Shown piece after piece: positions 22,901 through 29,457 of a stretch of 42,596 nt of DNA. The notes under the pieces were generated by a model. It made no database searches and had not been told where the DNA came from. It saw nothing but the letters and a program-made list of their open reading frames with translations. The translations under genes were made by a program, and so were the position numbers. The DNA comes from Myxococcota bacterium (lineage in GTDB: Bacteria > Myxococcota_A > Polyangia > Polyangiales > Sandaracinaceae): contig JAYZQJ010000115.1 in NCBI GenBank assembly GCA_036149055.1, positions 1 to 42,596 of the forward strand, written 5' to 3'. Positions within the stretch are counted from its first letter, which is position 1. Every line of letters begins with the position of its first letter.

Positions 22901-23929
22901 CCCTACATGGTTCCCGCGAAGCTGGTCATCGCGGACGAGCTCCCCACCAAGCAGAACGGCAAGGTCGACACGGCGGCGCTCCGCGCGGCGCCGCCGACGC
23001 CCGACGACGCGCCGCCGCCCGAGGGCCCGACCGAGGTGGCGCTCGCGGCGCTTTGGTCGCGGCTGCTCGGCGTGGAGCGGGTCGGTCGCACGGACGACTT
23101 CTTCGCGCTGGGCGGGCACTCGCTCCTCGTGACCCGGCTCGTCGCGGAGCTCCAGCGGGAGCACGGCAAGCGGATCGCGGTCGCGGACGTGTTCGCCACG
23201 CCGCAGCTCGACGCGCTCGCCAGCCACCTCGACGCGATCGCGAGCGGGGCGGGCGCGCCGTCGACCGTCACCTCGCTCACCCGCGGAGGCGAGGGCCCGG
23301 CGCTCCATCTCCTGCACGCCGCGGACGGAGACCCGGCGGTGTATCGCGAGCTGGCCGAGGCCTTCGCGGGGGACTTCTCGGTGGTGGGGCTGCGCAGCCC
23401 GCGCCTCTTCGAGGCGGGCGCGGCCGAGGTGCCGATCGAGGAGCTGGTCCGGGCTCACGCCGACGCGGTGGAGACGCATCAGCCGGAGGGCCCGCTCGCG
23501 ATCGGCGGCTGGTCGCTCGGAGCGATCTTCGCCCACGCGGTCGCCGCCGAGCTGGTGCGCCGAGGGCGGACGATCGAGATGCTGCTGCTCGTCGACCCGA
23601 CGGTGCTGCGCGGGCCGGCCCCGACCCCCGACGACGTGCTCCGGGAGGTGCTGGCCCGAGGGGGCGCCGAGGTCGACGACGCGCTCCGGGGCGAAGCGGA
23701 GCTCTGGGCCGCCCACCTCCAGGCCGCGCACGCCTACCGACCGTCGCCGCTCGACGTGCCGGCGCTCGCGTTCTTCTGCGGCGAGCGGCCGGAGGCCGAC
23801 GCGACCTGGCGCGCCCTCGCGCCGCGGCTCGAGGTCGTCCCGGTCGACGCCGGCCACTACGACGTGCTCGAGCGGCGCCACGCCGACGCGCTGATCGCGC
23901 AGGTGCGCCGCTGGCTGGGGCGCGGCTGA
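13979..23929 (+). CDS. Three-module terminal NRPS: C-A(Gly)-T-C(modAA-like)-A(Ser)-T-C(modAA-like)-A(unknown)-T-TE, 3316 aa
   Basis: C motifs SHLVSDG, HHAILDG, HHAVMDG; three A3 motifs of YxxxTSGxTGxPKG type; T motifs GGDSI, GGDSI, GGHSL; TE GWSLG and GHY. Hand-read codes DILQFGLIWK (Gly-like), DVWHVSLIDK (Ser-like), DARNTGEVAK. Confidence 0.95.
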   Translation: MSDLWDGLDALPEESPDPEDLPVSYGQERFWFLQELAGDAALFNVGLHFRVRGRLEPALLRDALASLTTRHESLRTGIRARGGEPRRRVVPDVDVPLEVITLERAEELDAVRRDTFERPFDLGEPPLWRARLCLAPGEEAHLVLAISHLVSDGASLALIASELLQAYDALAWGTAPEWEAAVPYGDFVAWQRGPDGAERLEAQLAYWRRQLSPPPPPVTIARDRRDPAGRGPTRRTERRLSEALEGALGALAREAKASPFMVVMAAWQVLLARRSGERDVAVGTPVSGRPGARFQRSVGLFINTVTIRSRVEMRRSFLDHVARVKASSLEALRHQDAPFAQVVGALDLDRRVDATPVFQTLLVYNETPPGAARGGGLELELEGRHQGRAVFDVELQFSAGDGLEARLVYDAHAYEAATVDAILDAYVALLEALVAAPRAPLAQLDLLGPGEREALVSLGRGPSHEGPLASVLERLAARADAPARALERADGTTWSYAELWRASGAVAARLEAAGVRPGDRVAIGAERGPWTVAAMIGVWRAGAAYVPVDPALPARRIALMLGDSGARLTLVDDEADRGWGPQLALGGDVPARDPFEGRLFPGDEAYLIYTSGSTGTPKGVSVPHRAVTNFLWSMASEPGLSERDVLLAVTTFSFDISVLELFLPLLVGGSVLLASRAEAGDPERLVALLERATVMQATPATWTMLMGAGWRGGVRAFTGGEALPARLGARLAEICPEVWNLYGPTETTIWSSRWKVDGPPIRVGVPIHETTLRVLDRDGQLVPDGTIGELSIGGRGVANGYHGRPALTAERFVPDPFGAPGGRLYRTGDLARWVDGEVECLGRTDFQVKLRGFRIELGEIEAALESMPGVLRAVAWLHTSSTGAEQLVAHYEGEPVDADEARRVLGERLPEYMVPTFVEHLAELPLNTSGKVDRARLPAPIGATGQAGDVEPPQGPLENAIASAWRDALGVDVVDRRSDFFELGGDSIRLLPVAAALREEGHPVELADFFAHRRLHQLASALAARETDGGGVSVGPFELVDADADAFGPSIEAAYPLTRLQAAMVAHAARGATMKYHEVVAYRVDGGVDPSALEAAMATLVERHELLRTSFRLGGGPEPVQRVHREATVRVEARDARGWVPSEVDARVQALLAAEARRPFDLAAAPLFRVSVHHLPGETALVVFSFHHAILDGWSVATLLAELGALLRGQALPPPPRGRYRDYVRVERDAERDAEVREAWRRELEGFEPMESLPTEPDAAGATPETRELDLSPDLLEALEGAAERAGTTLPVALASAHAAVMAAYTGRRDVAIGWVTHGRPPTPDAERQLGLFLNTQPLRVDVRGDWAGLLDATGRGRDRLQRLRYYPLSAVSREVGGRPFESIFVVGDFHVLRGLEGADLAAVERHSLHETEIPLEVFFVRRPEGAALRLIFAPAVADAARDGMVVAHERALRALARGGAVRLAELLAPEQTSALARRNATQRGWRLPPTLMDAFEAQVDRDPTAVALSSEEGALSYAELDARANAVANALRERGVGLETRVAVCVERSLERLVAVYGVLKADAAYVPVEVDLPAERARAILEDAGCQLVLTAGDASPGGLEGARVEDVRRLAEGERRERPVRRALPQNTAYVIFTSGSTGRPKGAANAHGAVMNRLTWMQEALPLDARDVALHKTPFGFDVSVWELFWPLQVGAQLRVAPPKAHREPRRLWRVIEEAGVTISHFVPSMLGPFLDATPDAPSGLRRVVCSGEALGAELRAELHRRLPGAELHNLYGPTEAAIDVTWWPCPADDTRRPVPIGRPIANTTTHVLDEELERLPDRVAGQLHLGGVQVGLGYVGRPALTAARFVCDPFGHGERMYATGDRCRWGEDGALDYLGRVDFQVKINGLRIELGEIEAVLEQHPSVSQAVAWTHPAPSGGLRLVAYHVGEAVEAEALREHLRGQLPAYMVPAELMHLPALPLTGSGKVNRAALPAPGRSTRAYEPPRGENEALLASLWAQVLGLERVGRDDDFIALGGDSISMLPVLGGLEERGLRLDVEDLLADPVLHRVAARLTAHEGSGSAYAPWSLVTDEDRQRLEGEAVDAFPMTQIAQGMVFHQVESPGSASYHDVVSLLVRGAPSTERLVDAVHQIVERHPALRASFRVAGFSRALTVIHRRCDVDVRVVDARDWGEAVEAYVARACAEETSRPFELEAAPLLRVIVHELAGDRKHVMLSFHHAVMDGWSLSLVIAELSAAWTGRALPRPPKDVLGLHVAREQEALADADTDRFWARRPEAPPPSRLPLDGEETLSRSLVPLDDATAAALHALAERLGVSVKNVFLACHLVVQSMLGGVARVTTGLTTHTRPHEGGDEAVGMFLNSLPFTVDVEGTWAELIRRVHDLERAHYRHRLLPYPEILRRGHSRPYDSAFNFVSFRAYRTALEGAGFEVERLEMHERGELPLSFHVRLDGTTRALAAELHSFNLAEPLLTRMRGMYARALTSAAEATDATIDAEALLGEAERADVTRRYATAGEGDWARGHDLTAARALTLGDMFDEAARRHPSLEAVIAADRNLTYAELAAEVDALAARLVDRGVGPGDRVSVVVGRGAWSIAAILGVTKAGAAYVPIDETEAPDRAAWMCEGCAAHLVATDSGVELDPDAKGSSRRVPSRPDQLAYVIFTSGTTGRPKGVEIEHRAIANTVLWAREALKLGPGVRSGHVAPLSFDAGNRHVYDALTSGATLVMAPTEVRTDADRVVEWLTEHRVEVFNAAPVILRFVYPRLAELDSLRVWTTGGEPLALPRGARLPFQLFFEYGPTEASVATSCEVVAPDTQLDEALSIGRPVPGASSYVLDESLRAAPREVTAQLCLGGAGVGRGYTGKPALTAERFRPDPFADEPGARMYLTGDLARWRPDGRLQFEGRRDRQVKIRGFRIEVDEVEAVLGSVPGVDASAVLVEGAGSAKRLVAYAAPRSRWTPTTLRAALAERLPPYMVPAKLVIADELPTKQNGKVDTAALRAAPPTPDDAPPPEGPTEVALAALWSRLLGVERVGRTDDFFALGGHSLLVTRLVAELQREHGKRIAVADVFATPQLDALASHLDAIASGAGAPSTVTSLTRGGEGPALHLLHAADGDPAVYRELAEAFAGDFSVVGLRSPRLFEAGAAEVPIEELVRAHADAVETHQPEGPLAIGGWSLGAIFAHAVAAELVRRGRTIEMLLLVDPTVLRGPAPTPDDVLREVLARGGAEVDDALRGEAELWAAHLQAAHAYRPSPLDVPALAFFCGERPEADATWRALAPRLEVVPVDAGHYDVLERRHADALIAQVRRWLGRG

Positions 23930-23935
23930 GGGCGA

Positions 23936-24712
23936 TCAGTCCAGCAGCTTCTCGGCGCGCGCCCAGTCGAGGAAGGTCGCGTGGAACCACTCCAGGTCGG
24001 GGAGCACGAAGACGCGCGTGAACGACTCGTAGACGTTCAGGTCCGCGGCCAGCACGTCGTCCCACTCCCACGGCGTGCGCTCGAGCGCGTCGCCGTCGAA
24101 GACCTCGAGCTCTCCGGGGCTCGTCAGCAGGGCGCCGCCGCAGGCGCGGACTCCGTCACCCTCGCGGACCACGCCGTACTCCATCGCGTAGACGTAGATC
24201 TTCTGCAGCCACAGGTGCTGCTCGTCGTGGTGAGCGTTCGCGCCCACGCGCCCGAAGTCGCGGTAGATCGACGCGTAGGTCGGGCTGTGGAGCGCGGCCA
24301 CGTGGCCGAGCAGGTCGTGGAACATGTCGGGCGCGGGCGTGCTGAGCAGCTCGTCCGCGTGCCGGAACTCGTCCATCGACGGGAAGAGCTTGTCGGCGAG
24401 CATCCGGTGGAACTGCGAGGGCGGCACGTAGCCCTCCGCCTTGACGACCCGCCACCCGGTGCTCGCCTCGAGGTGGGCGCTGATCGCGCGCAGGGAGGGC
24501 ACCGCGTCGCCGAAGCGCTCGAACTCGCGGCGCGCCTCGAGGTAAGGGCGGCAGGCCTTGCGCGCGGCCAGGCGGCCCTGGATGCCGAACAGCTCGCGCC
24601 AGCTGGCGTCCTGGGTCTCCGTGTAGACCGGGGCGACGATGTCGTCCCCCACGGTGCCGAAGGGGGAAGGGCTGGCGACCGCGGGGTCACGGGGGAGGGT
24701 GGGGGGAAACAT
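23936..24712 (-). CDS. Pterin-dependent aromatic amino acid hydroxylase (phenylalanine hydroxylase-like), 258 aa
   Basis: Iron ligands PDMFHDLLGH and MEYG; TGWRVV..EGYVP; GGALLTSPGE. Confidence 0.85.
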   Translation of the reverse strand: MFPPTLPRDPAVASPSPFGTVGDDIVAPVYTETQDASWRELFGIQGRLAARKACRPYLEARREFERFGDAVPSLRAISAHLEASTGWRVVKAEGYVPPSQFHRMLADKLFPSMDEFRHADELLSTPAPDMFHDLLGHVAALHSPTYASIYRDFGRVGANAHHDEQHLWLQKIYVYAMEYGVVREGDGVRACGGALLTSPGELEVFDGDALERTPWEWDDVLAADLNVYESFTRVFVLPDLEWFHATFLDWARAEKLLD

Positions 24713-24744
24713 CTCGGTCCTCCGAATCTACAACTGGGGAGCCA

Positions 24745-26478
24745 TCATGGCTCGCTTCGGCGATCCTGGATCGCGTAGAGGTGCTGGTAGAGCCCGCTGC
24801 GGGTCAGGAGCTCTTCGTGCGTGCCCACCTCGGCGACCGCGCCGCCGTCGAGCACGTAGATCCGCGTCGCGTCCATCAGGGTCTGGAGGCGGTGCGCGAT
24901 CACGATCACGGCGTGCGTCCGGGCGAAGGCGGTGATCGCCGCCTCGATGGCCGCCTCGCTCTCGGCGTCCTGGCTGCTGGTCGCCTCGTCGAGGATCAGG
25001 ACGCTCGGGTCGGCGAGCAGCGCGCGCGCGAGGGCGATGCGCTGGCGCTGGCCTCCGGAGAGCTTCGAGCCGCGGTCCCCGACCGGCGCGTCGTATCCGC
25101 CGGGGAGGGCGGTGATGAAGTCGTGGGCGTGGGCGCGGCGGGCGGCGTCCTCCACCGCCTCGAGCGAGGCCGTGGGATCGCCGTAGCGGATGTTCTCGAG
25201 GATCGAGGTGGGGAAGAGCGCGGGGTCCTGGGGCACGACCGCGACGGCGCGCCGGAGCGACGTCTTGGAGAGGGACGCGATGTCCTGGCCGCCGAGGAGG
25301 ATGCGCCCGCGGCGGGGCTCGAGGAACCGGAGCAGCGCGGCGACCAGCGTGCTCTTGCCGGCGCCCGAGCGACCCACCAGCCCGATGAGCTCGCCCGGCT
25401 CCACCCGGAGGGAGGCCCCGCTCAGGACGGGCACGCCGGAGTCGTAGGCGATCTCCAGGTCCTCGATGGCCACGCCGCCGGTCGACGGCGCGGGCGTCGC
25501 GTCGGGCGCGTCCAGGTCCGTGGGCTCGAGGCGAGCGAGCTCGAGGAGCCGGGTCGTCGCGCCGACCGCCGAGGCCATCGCGCCGCTCTGGTGCGAGAGC
25601 TGGATCACCGACTCCGCCACCAGGAAGGCGTACATGAGGAACGCCACGATGCGCCCCGCGCTGAGCTCCCCGTCGGCGAGCGACCGGGCGCCCACCGCCA
25701 CGAGCACCAGGAACACCAGCCCGGACGTCGAGTAGAGGGCGGACTGGAACGTGGCCATGGTCGCGGAGAACCGCGAGACGGCGCGCTGCACGCCGGCCAG
25801 GCGCTCGTCGTAGGCCCCCGCCTCGGCGCGCTCGCGGGCGAACGCCTTCACCGTCCAGAAGCTCGTCAGGACGCTCTCCACGTGGTTGCTCGCGGCCGCC
25901 TCCGCGTCGCGCAGACCGCGCCCACGACGGCCGAGGCCGCGGTTGGCGAGGACGACGACGAGGAGCGAGAGGGGCAGCACGATGGAGACCCAGAGCGCGA
26001 GGTAGGGGGCGGTCACCACGAGGAGCACGATACCGCACGCAGCCTTGACGATGTCGGCGGTGCTCATCAGCAGGGTCGGGCTCATGAGCCGGATGGCCTC
26101 ACCGTCGGCGGCCAGCCGGCCGACGAGCTCGCCGCGCGAGCGACCCGAGAGCCACTCCGGCGTCATCTGGAGCAGCCGGCCGAAGATGAGGCTGCGCTGC
26201 CGGTTGACCACCCGGCTCCCGATCACGCCCGAGAGATAGGCGAAGGTCCACGTCGCGACGGCCTGCGCGAGGATGACGGCGGCGAGGAGGAGCGCGAGCG
26301 ACGTGAAGGAGGTCGTCTCCGGCTCGCCGCGCAGGCCCGCGTCCATCGCCTCGGCGACGATGGGCGGGAAGGCGAGCGACGCGAGCCGCGAGATGATCGC
26401 GGCGACCGCGCCGAGGAGGAGGGCGCCTCGGGAGCCCTGGAGCAGACCCCAGAGCGCGGCCCAGGGGGCTTCACGCAT
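24745..26478 (-). CDS. ABC exporter, fused permease/ATP-binding (MsbA-like), 577 aa
   Basis: Multiple TM helices, Walker A GRSGAGKS, signature LSGGQRQ, Walker B ILDEATS, IAHRL. Confidence 0.93.
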   Translation of the reverse strand: MREAPWAALWGLLQGSRGALLLGAVAAIISRLASLAFPPIVAEAMDAGLRGEPETTSFTSLALLLAAVILAQAVATWTFAYLSGVIGSRVVNRQRSLIFGRLLQMTPEWLSGRSRGELVGRLAADGEAIRLMSPTLLMSTADIVKAACGIVLLVVTAPYLALWVSIVLPLSLLVVVLANRGLGRRGRGLRDAEAAASNHVESVLTSFWTVKAFARERAEAGAYDERLAGVQRAVSRFSATMATFQSALYSTSGLVFLVLVAVGARSLADGELSAGRIVAFLMYAFLVAESVIQLSHQSGAMASAVGATTRLLELARLEPTDLDAPDATPAPSTGGVAIEDLEIAYDSGVPVLSGASLRVEPGELIGLVGRSGAGKSTLVAALLRFLEPRRGRILLGGQDIASLSKTSLRRAVAVVPQDPALFPTSILENIRYGDPTASLEAVEDAARRAHAHDFITALPGGYDAPVGDRGSKLSGGQRQRIALARALLADPSVLILDEATSSQDAESEAAIEAAITAFARTHAVIVIAHRLQTLMDATRIYVLDGGAVAEVGTHEELLTRSGLYQHLYAIQDRRSEP

Positions 26479-26544
26479 GGGCCTCGACGAAAACGGGCAC
26501 CCGAAGCGTCGCTCCAGGTGCCCGCAGATCGGTCATGAGGTCGC

Positions 26545-27171
26545 TCAGACTCCGGCGTCGGGAGCCGCTCCGGCGTCGGACGCGCCCGCGTCGCCCGAGC
26601 TGGTGCCACCGTCGTCGGCCGGCACGCCGCCGTCGGCCGGCATCGGCGACTCGACGCCGCAGGGGAAGGTGCCGCCGCGGCCGTGGAACTCGAGGTCCGT
26701 GCAGGAGGTCTCGCGCACCAGGCAGTTGAGCTGGTCGGGCATCGCCGCCTCGCAGTACTGGGAGCACCACGGGGCCATGCGGAACTCCTCGGGGGCGCCG
26801 CAGCCGATGTGCGCCTCGTAGCAGCGCTCCTCGCACGAGGGCGGCTCCGGGACGTCACAGGGGAAGGTGTTGGTCATCGCCGCGGCGCCGAGGTCCATGC
26901 ACTCGGTCTCGAAGAGGCAGGCCTCCTGCGCCTCGTCGGCGGCGTCGCAGTAGTCGGGGCACCACGGCCAGTCCGCGAAGAAGCCGGGCGCACCGCAGGA
27001 GAGGTGGCGCTCGACGCAGCGAGTGGCGCAGTCGCCGCCGCCGCCAGCGTCGGTGTCGCCGCCGCCGCTGTCCGCGGTCGTGCCGGAGTCCACTTCCTCG
27101 GTGCCGTCGTCACAGCCGACCGCGGCGAGGACGAAGAAGCTCAATACAGTCCAGTACTTCAAAGATCGCAT
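26545..27171 (-). CDS. Cys-rich lipoprotein with two 8-Cys repeats of about 60 aa, function unknown, 208 aa
   Basis: GGAG upstream of the ATG at 27171; lipobox AVGC; acidic DAG-type linkers; internal duplication. Confidence 0.75.
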   Translation of the reverse strand: MRSLKYWTVLSFFVLAAVGCDDGTEEVDSGTTADSGGGDTDAGGGGDCATRCVERHLSCGAPGFFADWPWCPDYCDAADEAQEACLFETECMDLGAAAMTNTFPCDVPEPPSCEERCYEAHIGCGAPEEFRMAPWCSQYCEAAMPDQLNCLVRETSCTDLEFHGRGGTFPCGVESPMPADGGVPADDGGTSSGDAGASDAGAAPDAGV

Positions 27172-27181
27172 CACATCTCCA

Positions 27182-28834
27182 TCAAACAGCCTTGGTTGGC
27201 TGAGCATCCACAGTATCCGAATTCTCGGGCCGCCGTAAAGAGGGGGATCGCAGCGGATCATAGCGGCCCGGTGAGAGGATACCGGCAGGGTCCAGCGCCG
27301 CCCGAATTCGTTGCACGATCGGCCAGAAATTGCCGGCGGACGCGAGGTGCCGGGCCCCGTGCACGCCGGCTCGAAACGGCGGGTAGCCGGCCGCGCCGAG
27401 CCGCTCCGAGAGGACGTCCTGGCAGCGATGAGCGGCGTCTCTTCGCGCGGGGTCATCACGGTCGAAGTAGATCGTGACATTGAGCAACAGTGCCCGGGCA
27501 GACACCGGCGTGAATGTGAGGTGAGGTGGCACCCGGAATTCGCGCAGCGTCTCACGAATGAGCGCGGCGGCGGCGGCGGCGTCTTGCCCGCGCAGCGGCG
27601 CGGCGTGGGTGAGCCAGTACATGCCGAGGTCGGGGTAGGCGAGGAGGTCCGGCGTGGGCGTGGCGCCGGGCTCGAGGTGACGGCTAGAGGCGGCCACCCC
27701 GCTCACCGGGCCGTCGTTGGGCATCCCGCTGAAGCTGTCGAGGAGCACGCCGAGGCCCCTCGCGTTCGCGCGGCAGACGCCGGCGAGCCCGCGGAGCCGG
27801 ATCATCTCGAAGAGCTTCGCCGCCCACCCGAAGACCCGGACCGAGCGGCGGGAGAAGCTCACCACCTTCGCGTGCCCGCGCAGGGTCTTCGCGACGAGCC
27901 TCATCGCCACCCGGGTCTGGGCTCGCGTCCCGTAGAGCGCGAAGGAGGCCAGCCAGTCGAAGCTCCGCCCGGACGCGGCGCGCTCCGCCTCGAGGTCGAA
28001 GGCGCCCTCGCGCGGGACGGCGGACGGACCGGCGACCCGGAGCCCGTTGTAGATGTGGGGGGCGCAGTCGATGACGCCGCGCTGCCGGAGGGCGCGGAGC
28101 CCGTCGATCACCGCGGGGAGGGCGGGGTCGCGGAAGTGGAGGATGACGCCGAGCACGTGCTCGGGCTTCGGCGAGAGCCACATCGCGAGGCGCGTGACCA
28201 CGCCCAGGTTCGACTGACTGAACAGGCCGTCGAGGGCGGGGCCGACGCCCCACTTGTGGGCGTGGCGGAGCGGGCCGCAGTCGTAGTGCGCGTAGCCGGT
28301 GTCCAGGACGGTGCCGTCGCCGAGCACCACCTCGAGCCCGGCGCAGTTGGCGTACCGATCGCTGAGGCGGCCGAAGGCGTCGCCGCGGTCGACGATGTTG
28401 CCGAGCAGGCTCGTGTCGCGCGCGGAGGCGGTGGTGTCGAGGATCCAGCGCGACCCGAGCTCCTCGAGGCGCGCCGCCAGCTGACCCTGGGTGACGCCCG
28501 GCTGCACGACGGCGTAGCCGAGCTCCTCGTCGATCTCGAGGATGGCGTCCATGCCGTGCAGATCGACGACGACGTGGTCGTCGCTCATCGGCGAGGCGGC
28601 GCCCATGCCCCAGTTCTTGCCGGTGCTGATCGGGTGGAGGCCGACGCCTTCGCGCGCGGCCACCCGCACGACCTCCGCCACCTCCGCCGTGGTCGCCGGG
28701 AGGACGACGGCCCGAGGGGTCGCCGCGAACGCCTGCGTGGTGCGCGCGTAGCGCGCGCGGTCGGCCGGATCGGTGAGCACGCGATCCGGGCCGAGGATGC
28801 GCGCCCAGTCGCGGGCCGCGTCGTCGAAGCTCAC
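27182..28834 (-). CDS. FAD-binding oxidoreductase, VAO/p-cresol methylhydroxylase flavoprotein family, 550 aa
   Basis: PISTGKNWG, VQPGVTQ, GNIVDRG, GPALDGLFSQSNLGVVT, ALDPAGILSPGRY. Confidence 0.87.
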   Translation of the reverse strand: MSFDDAARDWARILGPDRVLTDPADRARYARTTQAFAATPRAVVLPATTAEVAEVVRVAAREGVGLHPISTGKNWGMGAASPMSDDHVVVDLHGMDAILEIDEELGYAVVQPGVTQGQLAARLEELGSRWILDTTASARDTSLLGNIVDRGDAFGRLSDRYANCAGLEVVLGDGTVLDTGYAHYDCGPLRHAHKWGVGPALDGLFSQSNLGVVTRLAMWLSPKPEHVLGVILHFRDPALPAVIDGLRALRQRGVIDCAPHIYNGLRVAGPSAVPREGAFDLEAERAASGRSFDWLASFALYGTRAQTRVAMRLVAKTLRGHAKVVSFSRRSVRVFGWAAKLFEMIRLRGLAGVCRANARGLGVLLDSFSGMPNDGPVSGVAASSRHLEPGATPTPDLLAYPDLGMYWLTHAAPLRGQDAAAAAALIRETLREFRVPPHLTFTPVSARALLLNVTIYFDRDDPARRDAAHRCQDVLSERLGAAGYPPFRAGVHGARHLASAGNFWPIVQRIRAALDPAGILSPGRYDPLRSPSLRRPENSDTVDAQPTKAV

Positions 28835-28855
28835 CGGCTCACTGTCCGGGCCGGC

Positions 28856-29368
28856 TCACCCACACGCGCCGTCGGTGCAGGTCTCGCCGTCCGCGCAGGC
28901 GTTCCGGCACTCGCCGCAGTGCATCGGGTCGCTGGACACGTCCGCGCAGACGTCGGTGCAGAGGGTCTCCTCCGCGCCACAGGTCGGGCGGCAAAACCCG
29001 CCGCGGCAGGTGGGGCGCTCGGCCGGACACGCGTTGCCGCAGCGACCGCAGTGCTCGGCGGTCAGGGTCAGATCCACGCACTCCCCGCCACAGACCGTGT
29101 CGTCACAGTCGGGGGTGCACTCACCGAGGATGCAGTCCTCGCCGGCACCACACGCCACGCCGCACCCGCCGCAGTTAGCGACATCGGTCAGGAGATAGAC
29201 GCACTCCTCGTCGCAGGTGGTCTCGTTCGGCGCGCACTCTCCGTTGTTGGCGCCGCCGTCCATCTCGGTGACGGGCCCACCCCCGACCAGCGGATCTCCA
29301 CAGGCAGCGAGGCCCATGGCCAGCGCGGCGATCATCCAGGGGCGCGAGGTTGCTCCAAAACCATGCAT
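28856..29368 (-). CDS. Myxobacterial Cys-rich repeat lipoprotein (three CxDxxxDxxHCGxCGxxC-type units), 170 aa
   Basis: AGGAG upstream of the ATG at 29368; lipobox LAAC; repeats NCGGCGVAC, HCGRCGNAC, HCGECRNAC. Confidence 0.8.
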   Translation of the reverse strand: MHGFGATSRPWMIAALAMGLAACGDPLVGGGPVTEMDGGANNGECAPNETTCDEECVYLLTDVANCGGCGVACGAGEDCILGECTPDCDDTVCGGECVDLTLTAEHCGRCGNACPAERPTCRGGFCRPTCGAEETLCTDVCADVSSDPMHCGECRNACADGETCTDGACG

Positions 29369-29457
29369 CAGACTTCTCCTGAGACTTCGACGGGTCTGCA
29401 TCGCCATGCGCGCAGAGACTAACATCCGGGCCCCCGGCCGGTGAACAGAGCGAGGCC

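Noticed and set aside
21580..22980. Pyrrolizidine-type Ser-Pro/pipecolate terminal module
   Set aside because: The last A-domain code lacks the DVQ/DFQ-type signature of Pro/pipecolate domains
13712..23881. 3389-aa ORF antisense to the NRPS (also 44..2410, 8396..10978, 33680..36868 and many Arg/Pro/Gly-rich frames)
   Set aside because: Shadow frames expected from strong GC3 bias; no recognisable motifs, and they fully overlap well-supported genes
27319..27338. TCGGCCAGAAATTGCCGG resembling the 11898 palindrome
   Set aside because: Imperfect, half-site spacing differs by one base, and it lies inside a coding region
28856..29368. Cys-rich small proteins as RiPP precursors or cytochromes
   Set aside because: They have lipoprotein signals and disulfide-type repeats, no CxxCH, and no RiPP maturases nearby
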